Assembly: GCF_963676685.1 (NCBI RefSeq)
Contig: NC_092353.1
Location: forward strand, 50,158,001 to 50,222,000
From: Mytilus edulis
Lineage: Eukaryota
Direction: 5' to 3'
Length of the DNA stretch: 64,000 nt
Below, piece after piece: positions 26,601-39,896 of the stretch (positions are counted from its first letter, which is position 1; the number at the start of each line of letters is the position of its first letter). The notes under the pieces are model-generated. The model made no database searches, had not been told where the DNA came from, and was given only the letters and a program-made list of their open reading frames with translations. The position numbers and the translations under genes were made by a program.

Positions 26601-29600
26601 ATGGATGATCAATGAAGGTAAATAAAAAGTAATTATAGTGGAACCTGTGTTATCCGACATACTGGGGGACCAAAAAAAAAATGTTGGATTAAGCAAGGTG
26701 TCTGAATATTTAGGGGTTTTCTGCGAGGATAGGCATATTTTAGGACCTTAGAAAGGTGTCGGTTACAGCAGGATGTTGGAATACTAAGGGTCAGATTAGA
26801 CAGGTTACACTGTAATACCCTAAAAAAGTGTATAGTGCTTCCTGGTGATGATTTGTAGTCTGATAAGTAGGAAAATAAGAACTGCAACATGAAATAAGAT
26901 TCAAGTTATTAAGGAGTTTGGTTGGTCATTTAGAAAGGCAAATGAACTGTGTTTCACAAATAGAAAGATTTTTCCAAAGAGATAGGAGCATCTTGAAATG
27001 TCAGGCAATCTTAGAATTTTTACTCTTAAAAAATACAAGGTTTCTTGGACCAATTTTAACATAATTGTATATGATATATTATGAATGTTCAATATCATAC
27101 ATTTGTAAAATAAATCATATGTCAAAGTCAACAACTCAGAATACTATATTTCTTGTACAATTGTATCTCTATAAGTAAAGCATCAGATAACATATAAGTT
27201 TTCACATACTTCTACTCATGTTTAAAACTGTAAATTCAGAAATTCATGTGTGCATTTATTATTTTGAAACACTGATAACAGGTATGAATGTGAGGTATAA
27301 TTTTAAAATGTGGTTGAAAAAATTTGTGAAGGAAAATTACCTCCCCCTTGTATCCATCCATTTCTTACTATTCTGTGAAACATTGAGTTTTTATAATGGA
27401 GATTGTAATCTGTTTCTTTAGATTTCCCCATACTTCCTGTACATAAAGCTTTGAAGTTTTCACATGTTCTGGGTACCACGTCTGAAAAAAGCTGAAATAA
27501 ACATAAAAGATAAAACATTTTAACAAATGGGAAATAACTCTAGTCAATAGACAATATTGTAAATTAAGAAATTATTGCAAGGTTTTTCCTATTCCAAATA
27601 ATGTGAATTGGTGAGTATCACAATATAAGAACTCACATTCTGAAATTGCAATAATTAGTCTCACATTTATGTTCTATCTTCAAAACTCACAATAAATTAT
27701 AATATCTGAATTAACAGTATCTGAAGATCATTTCAAACAAAATTTGTATGCATAAAAGTGATACAGAAATGTCAGTACTTTAATTTTTATTAATATTCAT
27801 GTGTTCTAAAACTACAAAGAACTTTCAAATTTTAGCCTTTAGCATCAACCTTACAATTTATCATTGAACCAAGCTTTTATTTCATGGTAGGTTTTGAACC
27901 ATGCAAACCAACAAAAACAATAATTTTAAAAGATGAACTCATATTAAATTTAGTATTTTAAAATAAATAAATACCTCTATTACTAGACGACCTGCCGATT
28001 CACCACCAATAGAAACATCCATGAAGACATACTGATGCTGAAAATAAAATTGATGGTACAATTATTTTCATTTATCTATATATTTACAAACATAATCATT
28101 AAAAATATTTCAGTTATCATTAATCTCATTTAATGTAAAATTTACTCTGGATCATGTTGCTACAATATGTTTGATATGATTCTTCTTACAATATCTGCAT
28201 TATAAACTTTTGCTGTACATAAATATATTAAAGTAATTTCATATAAAAAAATACAACTTTATTCAGTATTGTCATATTTTGCGGTTTTGCCCATATCACA
28301 TTTCACGTATCTTATTGTACTTTTGTAATTTAAAATTTTGAATTCCACATTTGCACATAAATATTCTGCATAAAATTTTGGTTTAAAAACTTTAATTGAT
28401 GTTTCTATGGAATGATCAAGAACATAAGTTAACTATGTATATACTTACATTTTTGGAATTTAAATGGGATATATAAGCTTCATCTGTTAATGTTAAATAT
28501 AATGGCAATGGTCTAAACTCTTCAAATCCATAGTTATCTTCGGCCCATACTACAAAGTTGTCTGGTCCACCTATCAGTTGACCATTGGTAAAACAAATGG
28601 CTTTCTCTTCAAATGACCAGGTTTCACCTCTTAGATCCTATTAAATAAACAAAAATAGAATTAGAAATTAATGAGAAAAAAAATTAGAAGTGGTAGGGTA
28701 GATAACTCTGACTAGCCAATTGAAACAAATTATTATCCCAATATGTTAAGATAATCATGTCAAAACTAATGAATGTATTTTTTCAGAGAATTTAAATATG
28801 GAATTTATTTTAGGAATCACAACAGGTGTTGGTCCATTCTTACACTTTCCAACACTACTCTTCATCTTCAGTACCTACATGTACATGAATCTTAAATGTT
28901 ACTTTTTTTTTTAAATTTTATAATGTTATAAACTCCAGTGTACATTTGTAGTCCAACCTTGAAAATTAAGCTGTTGTGATATCTTGAGTATAATATTCAT
29001 TCATGTTTTTCTTCATTTTGTTTTCAGCACCAATGGTCTGGCATTACTTCTTAACTTCTTTGAGCAACTATTGTTGAACTTTGTAGTCTGCACAGTTAGC
29101 CACTAGTCTAATGCCCCCGGCTAGTAAATTTGTTTAAACTTTATATAACTATATATATATATATATAGCTAGTCATAAACGCCAAACGGACAAGTTTTGA
29201 TATTTACATGTAGTATCTGTACTAAATGTAGTAGATGAAAAAGTTTTTGGTGCAGAATGACTTTGCTTAAACACCAATTTTCAAACTTTACATCAGACAA
29301 ATATGCAGCTACTTAAATCAAATGGTTTCAAAACGTTATATTTAGATTCAGGGTTGGCAAAAACCCGGGTTTTATGAGTATTGCCCAGCCCAGTGGGAAA
29401 TACTGGGAAAACCCGGGTTTTACTGGGTTTTAGTGGGTAATACTGGCCAATACTGGGTAATATAAAATATTTGTCTGAGTTTTAAAGAGGATTCAGTGAT
29501 AAACACAAATGCAATACATTTAATAAGATATTTATACTCTATTTTGTTTGTTTAGCATTTGTCTAGATTGGCAAACTGTAAATAGAAAACAAATAAATCA

Positions 29601-32052
29601 TTTTTTTCAAATGAATATAGCTCCTATTAAGAATTAACAATTACATGTATTAAAGAAAAATCACATTTAAATAATGTATATGTACTGTCACTAATTAATA
29701 AGTAATTATTCAGATTAGAACGCAGATTTGTTTATGTAACAATAATCAGTCCTTTCAATTTTATAAGTGTTAATGGCATGACCCTGTAGGGTGTTTATTT
29801 AGCAATATGAATGTATAACAATTAAAATTAACAATTCACTTAAACACTGCAATAAAATGCATTTTTCAAAGTTTGGATTATTGAAACAATACATGTACTT
29901 GGTAATTAAAAGGTATCTTTAAATGTGCAAATCTTGCATTCTGCCTACATATAAAATTAATAGAGAAGAGAATGAAATTGAATTTTCTAGAAATGACTGT
30001 CAACATGGTCAATGGTTATCTGTATAAAATGTATATACATTTAGCTTTTATACAATGAAACTATAACAAGTATTTACTATATTGTGTTAAAATAAGCTTA
30101 AAAAATCATATTGCCCAGTAATGCCCACTATTACCCATTTCTTGGAGTATTGCCCAGCCCGGGAAAACCCGGGTTTTCCCACCCGGGAATTCCCGGGTGG
30201 GTAATACTTTGCCAACCCTGTTTAGATTACATATGTGTTTTGCCTTCAACATTTATTTGCATTACAATACAATTCTCAGAACATACATGTATGACTTTGG
30301 ACTCAATTGTGATTATAAAGTAAAACTTTAACACTGTCACATATTAGTTTTTTTTAATTTCTGATATATCACATACATGTATATATAGATTTAAGCAAGT
30401 TTGAACTGAAAAAAAAATTGTTAATCAACATAAAAATTAATTTGAACTAAGTTCAGGGATAAAAAAAGTATACCTTTCTTTTAGCATCAATGAATAAATC
30501 CCATTCAAATTCTAACATTCCATTGACCACTGGATCTGGGAAAGTATTTGGATCTTTCTTCCACAAGTCCTGAAATACAAACAACATACATGTACAAAAT
30601 GTAGTTTAACATTATTGTCTATTAATAAAGGTGTTGATTGTATCATTTTACAAAATGATGTGGTAAAATGGTGTCACATGTCACCTAATGGATTTATTTA
30701 AGACTTTTGTGGTTATGACAAAGTTTTTTTTTAAATCTGCTCAAAAGCAAGAAAAATCTCTGAAATTTGATAAAACTAATTGAATTGAAGTAGGTGCTAC
30801 AAATGTAGTGTTTCAAGCATAGTTTTACGCCTCTATTTTTTCTTTTTAAGATGGACCAGAAAAGAAAACTGATGCTACCAAGAAATAAATTAAATAAAAA
30901 AAATTCTGATTTTAGTCCTTATCCTTCAACTAGACACTCAGACAGGTTGGTTAACTAGTGTGAAGCAGCTTTTTTTTTTGTGGGGCAAATTGGGAAACTA
31001 CAGTGGGGCGATTAAATAACAAGTGGGGTGAGTTGAAGTCTTATAGTATATGCCTTCACATTATATATTCACTATTTAACGTTTTGATGCTAATATTTTC
31101 ATGCACATTGATAATATGGGGACGAAGTCCCCAAAAACAGTAGAAAATTCAATAAAAAAAAAAATCGGGAAAATTTCCCGAATTTTTCATTGTACTAATG
31201 AACTCAAAATCGTTCAATTTTTTTTATGTCATGTTTTGAAATCCCGGACCTGCGCAGAAATGTACAATATACTTCCTTTTTCCGGTCTCGTTTGTATGAA
31301 ACTTTGAGTAAAATATATATTTATCAGTCTAGTATAAAATAGGAAGAAACGCGCAATACCAATTTCATTTTTAATAATTCCTTGATATGAAAAAACGTTA
31401 CCTGATGATAGCGTTTCTTTGTTTACATTGCATATGACGTCATAATTTAAATAACGTCACAACTAAAATCCCTAACAACAGAACCAAAATCGGAAACGTT
31501 ACGGTATTTCCGATTCTTTTTTTTTGACAAATAATTAAGTTACAAAAAAATAATTCATACAGACTTCGTCCCCATTTACAGGTAATGCCTGCCTCATATT
31601 AAAAAAATTGCATAATCAGTAAAAAGAAAATAGAAATAGAAAATAATGCCCCCGAGATCATATATTATAGGACTACATGACTAGGGCAATTTCTGCCAGT
31701 GGGGTGCTTTTGATTGTATCTGTATCTGTCTGGTAAAACTATGCAGAGGTCTATACGACCGTCCAGCTTGTGAACAGTATATCTACATATGTACCTGGTC
31801 CAGCCAACCTTATATAAAACAAGTATCTTACACTGTTCGAACTGTTTTCATAATTTTCGTTAAAGAAACATTATAAACAAACGGTAGATTTCCACTGAAT
31901 TTTTCACGACGCCAACATTTTGTGTTTGTTTTATTAATGCAGTCTTACAACTCTTATTGAATACACACCTCTGCACAGTAACGGGCTCTTTGGAAGTTAA
32001 CATCGTTGATTAAACCATAAACTTCTAATTTTTGAGGTACGATGCCCGCCAT
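23627..32052 (-). CDS. PPIL6: Peptidyl-prolyl cis-trans isomerase-like 6 (cyclophilin family), 297 aa, 8 exons
   Basis: Exons 31969-32052, 30474-30569, 28449-28637, 27975-28037, 27341-27491, 25299-25355, 24629-24764, 23627-23744. All GT-AG with compatible phases; 894 nt total. N-terminal extension, then cyclophilin motifs [91 protein letters not shown] and the N-terminal extension are typical of PPIL6. Confidence 0.93.
26250..26457. mobile_element. Tc1/mariner-like MITE (CTGTGGATTCA TIR, TA TSD) in a PPIL6 intron
   Basis: TA on both sides; partial copy at ~53330-53375. Confidence 0.8.
26636..26812. mobile_element. Tc1/mariner-like MITE in a PPIL6 intron
   Basis: tagtggaacctgtg...gacaggttacactg imperfect TIRs with TA flanks. 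Confidence 0.65.
29349..30220. mobile_element. hAT-like non-autonomous transposon in PPIL6 intron 2
   Basis: TIR CAGGGTTGGCAAA; perfect 8-bp TSD TTTAGATT at 29341-29348 and 30221-30228; subterminal CCCGGG/ACTGGG motifs. Confidence 0.9.
31114..31600 (+). mobile_element. Helentron-like non-autonomous element in PPIL6 intron 1
   Basis: Asymmetric inverted repeat atggggacgaagtc/gacttcgtccccat followed by a short 3' hairpin. Confidence 0.6.
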
Positions 32053-32201
32053 GACTGTTTTCCTTGGAGATTACAACTTCCGGTACAAATATAAGATAGA
32101 TAACTCCTTTCTCCCGCCATAAAAAAAAAACTTTGTTATGGCGGTTACGTTTTCTTTGATTTCTCTGACTCTATCGTTAAAAAAGTTATGCTCACAGCTA
32201 A

Positions 32202-32448
32202 GGCAGCAACAATTTGATTTTCTGGGGGGCGGGGGGGGGGGGGGGGGGTGCTATGGTTTTTTTTCTGAACAAACTTTTTTTTTCGCCTGCGTTTACATAT
32301 AGTCGCAGCTGAGGGTGAAACAAACAATTTTTTTTTCTCAGAATCAAAAACAAATTATTTTTTTCTCCAAAAACTGGAAACAAACTTTTTTTTTCAAAAA
32401 AAACCATCCCCCCCCCCCCCCCCCCCCGAAAATCAAATGGTTGCTGCC
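32202..32448. mobile_element. PIF/Harbinger-like MITE with poly-G/poly-C arms, 150 bp upstream of the PPIL6 ATG
   Basis: TIR GGCAGCAAC.ATTTGATTTTC; TAA TSD. Confidence 0.8.
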
Positions 32449-32586
32449 TAAAGTTCATTTTTAATGCGTATATAAAAGTGACTATCTTTTTTTTTATTAA
32501 AGCGAATTAATTTGTCTTTTAAAGTGAATTTCATTATTCTCTTGTTTCAAATTTCATAATACTGAAGTTTTTATTAAATTTTCAAT

Positions 32587-32804
32587 GAGGGTTTGGATGG
32601 GAACGGTTAAATGATTAAAGAATAATGCCCTTAAAAAATGAAGATTAGAGAATAACGGGCAAAAAAAATGAAGATTAGAGAAATGCGTGGTCTTATTTTT
32701 TGAAGATTAGAGAAAAAAGGGGTTAATTTTTTGAAGATTAGAGAAAAAAGGGGTGAAAATTAAATGTTTACAGAATAACAGCCCCCCTCCCAATCCAGAC
32801 CCTC
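32587..32804. mobile_element. MITE with GAGGG termini and 6-bp TSD
   Basis: TTCAAT at 32581-32586 and 32805-32810; internal tgaagattagagaa repeats. Confidence 0.7.
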
Positions 32805-33250
32805 TTCAATGGCTTGCGGTTTATTGAAGACTTATGATATTTGTATATTTGGAGTATTTGTTGTAGAGAATTGACCACTGTTAGATGCTTTGACCATTGA
32901 CCTTTTCTAAACCATCCGTTAACTTTCTTAATTAAATAATACATTCAGTGTCACGAAAAGCATTTAGAATATTATAATCATTTATGAGGTGAAACCTTTG
33001 TGTTATTTCGATCGATTATAAATTTAACTCCGGCATTTTTTATTCAAATAATTGCTTATATTAACAGGGTAAAACCGACTGTGATATCGTTATCAACGGT
33101 TTTTACTGAAAAGTAACTCGAGGAAGAGGTAGATATGAATGTAGACTAGTCACAGTAATATGTAATAAAACAAGCTATACTAAATTATTTGTCACGGTGA
33201 AATATAGCTGATTTACAATGTAAGCTAGAAAGATGACAAGAACTGAATAA

Positions 33251-33717
33251 GACCCCGTTCACACTAGGACATTTTTATCGATCTTGCGAAATCTGTGTCT
33301 TCTTTTCTTATGATGATTTTTTTTTCTTTTCAGGAACCGCAATACTTCGTCGTGTTGTAACTTCGTTACTACAGATATTTTTTTTCAAAATTAAAGAAAA
33401 CGGCAATAACACCTGTACCAAAATGTTAACTTTTGATTCAGGAGAAACAATAACTTTATCCATTTTTTTTCAAGTGTGTGTGTCAGTGTATCAATAGATG
33501 AATTTAATAAATCAGTTCTATTTATACACAATGTTTACACTGAGTTTTACGGGTAAAAAGGTTAGATCGATTGCGTTTTTAATTGTAGTGTGAACGCAGT
33601 GGATCGGTTTAGACCGATAGAGATCGTTATGATTGAAGATAATGTGAACGCTAACTGGTTTTATTTAGATCGATTCAAATTAGATCGAGTAAAAAAAATT
33701 CTAGTGTGAACGGGGTC
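33251..33717. mobile_element. PIF/Harbinger-like MITE
   Basis: TIR GACCCCGTTCACACTAG; TAA TSD. Confidence 0.82.
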
Positions 33718-34915
33718 TAAGGCTCTAAATTTCTATTTCAGCACCACACCAATTCAGTTTAAGGATATCCTGAAATATGTTAGGACCTTCATTATTTAAT
33801 TTCAGGAGGTTCTTAAATATATTAGGATTTTATTAATATTTAAGGAGCTCCACAATCATAATTATATACTTCAAGACCTCTATTAATTTATTTCAAGATA
33901 TCCCTAAATGTCAATGGAGGTTCGCAAATGTTGCAGGAACTCCACAATTGATTTATTGTAAATTATATCCTCAAATGCGTTGTGCAGGTTCACAAACATT
34001 TCAGTATGCTCAATGATTCATATTTATCTCCCAAATTATAATTCGTGAGGTGCTGAAATATTCATTGAGCTCCTTGAATACAAAATCTTTGACTCAGTAA
34101 TCTAAGTCTCGTGAGCTGCCGCGGATTGAGTACTCCTCTCTACCTCTTCCTCAGTGAAACGTTGATAACAATGTGACAATAAACATTTTTTTAACCCTTA
34201 CGTGAGAAACTAAGAGAAACATTGTGTATAAAAAACATATAAAGGGAGACATACTATGGTTTGATCATATTGATCGCAAACGTGGATCATTCCATCCAAG
34301 ATAATGTTACTAGAAATGTTAAATTCTCACTTTAAAAATTGAAACATAATTTGTATGGCTCAATGTTACCTCTTTGTAAGAAAATCTATCAGTACTGCTA
34401 TCGATCGAAATCATAATTTCTAATTTTTATCAGAACTGTTTTTCCCAAGAACATCTTGCGTTCCTGAAAATACTTGTTGGTTATTGACCAGACGATATTT
34501 TCCTGTTTCTTATGATATCATTATATAATTAAATATGAACTTGATGATGCTCTGTTACAAAAAACTGCTTGTGTAATTGGTTACCATAAAAAGACCTTAA
34601 AATTGTTTACAGGAAAAAACAAAATGGCACGGTTTCAGATTACATCTGTATTGGTAACTAATTTAAAACACAAGTCAAACTTACTGGAATGGATCAATGC
34701 ATATTCTTCTAATATTGTTTAGACAACAAATAAACACTTTTGGTCAACTTTTTATCTGCGATTTTGTGCGTCATTATAGTCATGTTCGTTTTAGTGTAGA
34801 TTATATTTTTTATTTGTTGGATCACACTGAATTCTATCCCTTTGTGGAGATTTTACTAGGATTTAGTCTCTTCCACATACTAGTAAGTTTTAAAATATTG
34901 AAAAGTGAGAAAAAA

Positions 34916-35494
34916 ATGTCGAATCACAAAGTACTAGACAATATAATGGACACCGTTTTAGAACGGAGAGGATCAAAATCTGTAGCAAAATCAGACTGGA
35001 AAAAGTCTACTGGTAAAAACTCGAGAGCAAGAGGGACAGGAAGCAAACTGAGTATCCATGCACAGACAAGAGAAAGGTCAATGTCGTCTGACCTAGATAG
35101 TATGGACATGCTGAGGTCAATCAAGCGTGGAGTTAAGTACGAAAATACTTTCCGTCTAGAACCAAAGGACGACGAACTATTTTCATGTTCTAAGATGGAA
35201 AAAGCAATGCAAGAGATTATGGAAGAAGTAATCGGCGACGCACCTTACGACTCCGTCACGTGCAATACTCTAGTTCATACCGTATCCAATCAGATCAAAG
35301 ATAGAGCAAAAATATTCCCATGGAAACGGTATAGGTTCATAGTTCATGTTATCCTAGGACAGAACACGAATACATCAATAAAGGTTGGCAGCAGATGTAT
35401 ATGGGATGAACATCGGGACACTTTTGCTACTGCCTCATATGAGAACAAAACAATATTTGCCATGGCAACATGCTTTGCAGTGTATTTGGATTGA
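34916..35494 (+). CDS. Tctex1 domain-containing dynein light chain (DYNLT/TCTEX1D-like) A, 192 aa, intronless CDS
   Basis: YENTFRLEP...RYRFIVHVILGQ...VGSRCIWDEHRDTFATASYENKTIFAMATCFAVYLD. The probable ATG is 34916; the upstream part of the ORF track is low-complexity and UTR-like. Confidence 0.9.
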   Translation: MSNHKVLDNIMDTVLERRGSKSVAKSDWKKSTGKNSRARGTGSKLSIHAQTRERSMSSDLDSMDMLRSIKRGVKYENTFRLEPKDDELFSCSKMEKAMQEIMEEVIGDAPYDSVTCNTLVHTVSNQIKDRAKIFPWKRYRFIVHVILGQNTNTSIKVGSRCIWDEHRDTFATASYENKTIFAMATCFAVYLD

Positions 35495-36074
35495 TTATTT
35501 CAATTTTTCCACGTGTTAAACCTTGACAGAAAATGGCACCGCGGCTGTTGAATTTTCCAGTTTATTTGGATAGGTCAAATTCATTTTTTTTCACGTTGAT
35601 ACCCTGACAAAAGAATGGCTGTGCGACTGTAGACTATGGTAGGATCAGAGACATATTCGTTCATATTTTTCTTGTGTTATTACTAAAAACAGAGATGTAT
35701 CGAATTTTCTTTAAAATGGAGAATGTACTCATCAGTTTCAAAAGTTTTCGGGTCTTGATGTTCACACCAGAGCGATAGACCTTTTTTGTAACAATTGCTG
35801 TAAACCAAAACTAAAAGAAAGAAGAAAAAACAAATACCGAAATAAGACGATAAGCTCAACGTTATTGGAAAAATGAAGAAAATATACATGTATGTTTTGA
35901 AATATGTAAATATAATGATATTGTTATGAGCTTAGAACTGTCATAAGCATACTTTATCAGAATAAATGAATACCAAATTGTGTGATGTTGTAGTGACCCC
36001 ACACACCTAAGACTAAGTGTAACATCCGACATTTGTCAGTCAAAATGGATCACAAATTTCGTATGTAACACTAA

Positions 36075-36215
36075 ATATTGGATTGATTGTTAGTCCAGTG
36101 GCATATATTTCACCAATTTTGTTGATCTTTTTTTTTTTGATAGTCTGTTAAAAGATGAAAGTGTCAACAAAATTGATGAAATATATGCCACTGGACTAAC
36201 AATCAATCCAATATT
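36075..36215. repeat. Inverted repeat with ~50-bp arms
   Basis: atattggattgattgttagtccagtggcatat... and its reverse complement. Confidence 0.8.
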
Positions 36216-36502
36216 CAGATTATCCATTACATCTAAAAAGAAATAAATTTGTCTTCTCAGTTCGGGTTTTTAGATTATTTGCAAATCGACAGTTGGCAAA
36301 CTGATCAGAGAATTTTATGTTGTTAAATTATACCAAACATGCAGCTCTGATATGTTTTTAAAAATTTCATAAAAAAATGGTGAGTGACTAAACTATATTC
36401 TCTTCAACCATTCAGAAATTTTCAATTGGAATGTTCTTTACCTACATTAAACCTTTTATAACTTTTCATATTAAACATACATTCAAATAAGACCAATCTA
36501 AA

Positions 36503-36602
36503 TTAAAAACCGATCTCTCATCGCTCCTGTTTTCTGATATGTCGCGTACCACGCGCCACGCAACATATGAGAAAACGGGTGCGATGAGAGATCGGTTTTT
36601 AA
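36503..36602. repeat. Hairpin / fold-back element
   Basis: ttaaaaaccgatctctcatcgc ... gcgatgagagatcggtttttaa. Confidence 0.8.
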
Positions 36603-36811
36603 CGACATTCACGAGATCTGTTCTTGGACGTTCAAAAGTAACATTTTTGTGAAAGTATAATAATTAGACCTTTACTTTTATTACAGTTCTCATAAAGGTG
36701 TCTTCAACATTTTATCAACAAATCTCATATTGATAATACTGACATTTAAAATGTAACTGTCGGACAGAGGACATTTAAAATCATATGTCAATTGTCAAAG
36801 TTATGGCATTA

Positions 36812-37620
36812 TATTGTGACCCTGCCACGGCTTTCTATATACAGTCAGTTCTTTAATGAAATAACCTTGTGACCTTGCCATGACTTTCTATATACAGTCA
36901 GTTCTTTAATGAAATAACCTTGTGACCTTGCCACGACTTTCTATATACAGTCAGTTCTTTGATGAAATAACCTTGTGACCTTTCCACGACTTTCTATATA
37001 CAGTCAGTTCTTTAATGAAATAAATAACCTTGTGACATTGCCACGACTTTCTATATACAGTCAGTTCTTTAATGAAATAACCTTGTGACCTTGCCACGAC
37101 TTTCTATATACAGTCAGTTCTTTAATGAAATAACCTTGTGATCTTGCCACGACTTTCTATATACAGTCAGTTCTTTAATGAAATAAATAACCTTGTGACC
37201 TTGCCACGACTTTCAATATACAGTCAGTTCTTTAATGAAATAACCTTGTGACCTTGCCACGACTTTCTATATACAGTCAGTTCTTTAATGAAATAACCTT
37301 GTGACCTTGCCACGACTTTCTATATACAGTCAGTTCTTTGATGAAATAACCTTGTGACCTTTCCACGACTTTCAATATACAGTCAGTTCTTTAATGAAAT
37401 AACCTTGTGACCTTGCCACGACTTTCAATATACAGTCAGTTCTTTAATGAAATAACCTTGTGACCTTGCCACGACTTTCTATATACAGTCAGTTCTTTAA
37501 TGAAATAACCTTGTGACCTTGCCACGACTTTCAATATACAGTCAGTTCTTTAATGAAATAACCTTGTGACCTTGCCACGACTTTCTATATACAGTCAGTT
37601 CATCACTGAAATAACCTTGT
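36812..37620. repeat. Minisatellite, ~15 x 53 nt, with degenerate units to ~38010
   Basis: Unit ccttgtgaccttgccacgactttctatatacagtcagttctttaatgaaataa. Confidence 0.93.
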
Positions 37621-38359
37621 CTACTTACTACTTAATATAATCAGTCTGCTGACTTATGCCACATACCACAATCTTATGCCAATGGTCAAAGTTATGGCCT
37701 TATATTGTGACCTTGCCACGAATTCCTATATACAGTCAGTTCTTCACTGAACTAACCCGGTCTACTTACTACTTAAAATAAAGTTATGGCCTTATATTGT
37801 GACCTTGCTACAGTGGCGGATCAAGAACTTTTCATAAAAAAAGGGGGGGGGGCGCTGACTAACCTAAGGGGAGGGGGCCGCTCTAGTCATGCTTCAGTGA
37901 TTCCCTATAAAATCAACAATTTTTTTCCCACGAAAGGGAGAGGGGCGCGAGCAACCTCGATCCGCATATGTACAATAGATATTATAGATACAGTTAGTTC
38001 TTCACTGAAATAGCCCAATCTATAATTTACTTTACTCTGACTTATGTCATATAACATATGATCATTTTGATATTCACAGTCATTGACAATCATCTGCGTA
38101 TAAACAAATGAACCTTTCTAACCAAATCACTACACCAACTTAATGCAACCAATATAATTTAAGAATTCTGTCATGGTGTTCTGGATAAAAGGTTATTTTT
38201 TTTATTACGATCAATGGATATGAATGGGGACATATGTTTCCCTCTCCCTTATCTTGGGTTTGCAACCCCCTTACAAAATGGCTGGATCCGCCCCTGTATT
38301 CGAACACTCATAAGTTAAAAGTAACTCTTTTTCCCTTTTACGCATTTTTTAAGTTACAT

Positions 38360-38791
38360 CAATTTCATGTGAATTTCAATTCATGTGAATCTCACGTGCA
38401 ATTCACGTGAAATTCACATGAATTTCATCACAAACGAGCTTATACGTGAAACTCACATGAAATCAGTTCATGTGAGTTTCATGTGAATACCATGTGAAAC
38501 TAACATGAATTCTACGTGAAAATCACATTATTGTTTTTTCACATGAAATTCACGTGAATATCTAAAATAAAGTAATTCAAATAACATCTGAATTTTCAAA
38601 CAAAGGGAAATCATGATAAAAAAAAAGTTCACGTGAAATTCATGTGAAAATTTTCGCGTGACATTCATGTGAATCTCAATTCACGTGAAATTCACATGGA
38701 GATGCATGTGAGTTTCATGTATAAGCTCGTTTGAGGTGAATCTCACATGAAATTTCATGTGAAATTCACGTGGGCAAATTTTGCCTGTGTA
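38360..38791. repeat. TTCACGTGAA/TTCACATGAA-rich repeat, probably a truncated MITE
   Basis: Dense palindromic E-box-like decamers ending in gcaaattttgcctgtgta. Confidence 0.7.
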
Positions 38792-39234
38792 TAATTGGGC
38801 GAGTAAGGAAAACTACAAGTGTGTGATCTAAATAATCTGCTTTCAATGGTATATTTATACAATGTGAAACGACGTCATCCGTTATAGTCCTAAGACGTAT
38901 TTTGTTATTATACCCGAGGACAATACTGCATTTAACCTGTCAATAATATTTGAGGCATGAAAAAAAACTTAATTAATAATAACTACGGAATAGAGGAATC
39001 TCAAATCAAAAGTTCGAAGCAGGGGGTAAAAATCAATTTCACTATAGAGACTATGATCATTGTTATTTGAATACATTCAGAATTCATTAATATAGACACA
39101 GTATTACAAAACAATTAAATCTAATTTACCTAAAATAGAAATAACTAATAGGCATAAGTGTTCAATGATTTTAATGTTTTAATGAATTTTGGTCTAGATG
39201 AATTTCCTCGAGATACAAAAATAGTCATATTTAA

Positions 39235-39515
39235 AAAATTGAGAATGGAATGGGGAATGTGTCAAACAGACCACAACTCAACCAAAGAGCAGACAACAGC
39301 CGAAGGCCACACATTGGTCTTCAATACACCAAGAAAATCCCGCACCCGGAGGCATGCTTCACCTGGCCCCTTAACAAAAATATGTACCAGAGAAGTGAAA
39401 ATGAACGTCATACTAAAATCCGGAATCAATCAAAGAAACTAAAATTAAGAAATCATACTAACAAAGACTAACAAAGGCCAGAGATTCCTGACTTGGGACA
39501 GACGCAAAAATGCGT
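39235..39515 (+). repeat. High-copy interspersed repeat (aaattgagaatgga...gtcaaagagacaacaacccg family)
   Basis: Copies at ~530-795 (-), 23850-23985, 43520-43605, 51625-51720 and 52275-52555. Confidence 0.75.
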
Positions 39516-39896
39516 CATGTATGGATTCGATGAAACAACTATGTAAGGATAATTAAGATGTGTTTTATCAAGAATTAGGGATTACATATTTTTTATCCAG
39601 ATGGCAGAATTAGTTTACTGATATAAACCCCAAAATAGGATTTTGTTCACTAACAATTAATATGTGTTAATGTACACATACACGCCCTGCCTGATCTTTA
39701 TGTCGTAAGAGGCTCGGGGCCCGAGTCCCCTTTTCAGGGAAAAAATGGTTGATTATATAGGGATTCACTGGAGCATGACTGGGGCGAGACCTCTCTTAGA
39801 CAGTCAGTAGGCCACGTCTTATGAAAAATTCTTGATCCGCCACTGTTGTTGCATATACATGCATTTCTTCGATTATTTGTGTTAAGATATCACTGG

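Noticed and set aside
34697-34915. N-terminal 73 aa of the 265-aa Tctex1 ORF
   Set aside because: Phe/Leu/Ile-rich translation typical of AT-rich UTR; paralog lengths favour the ATG at 34916. Not excluded without 5' transcript data.
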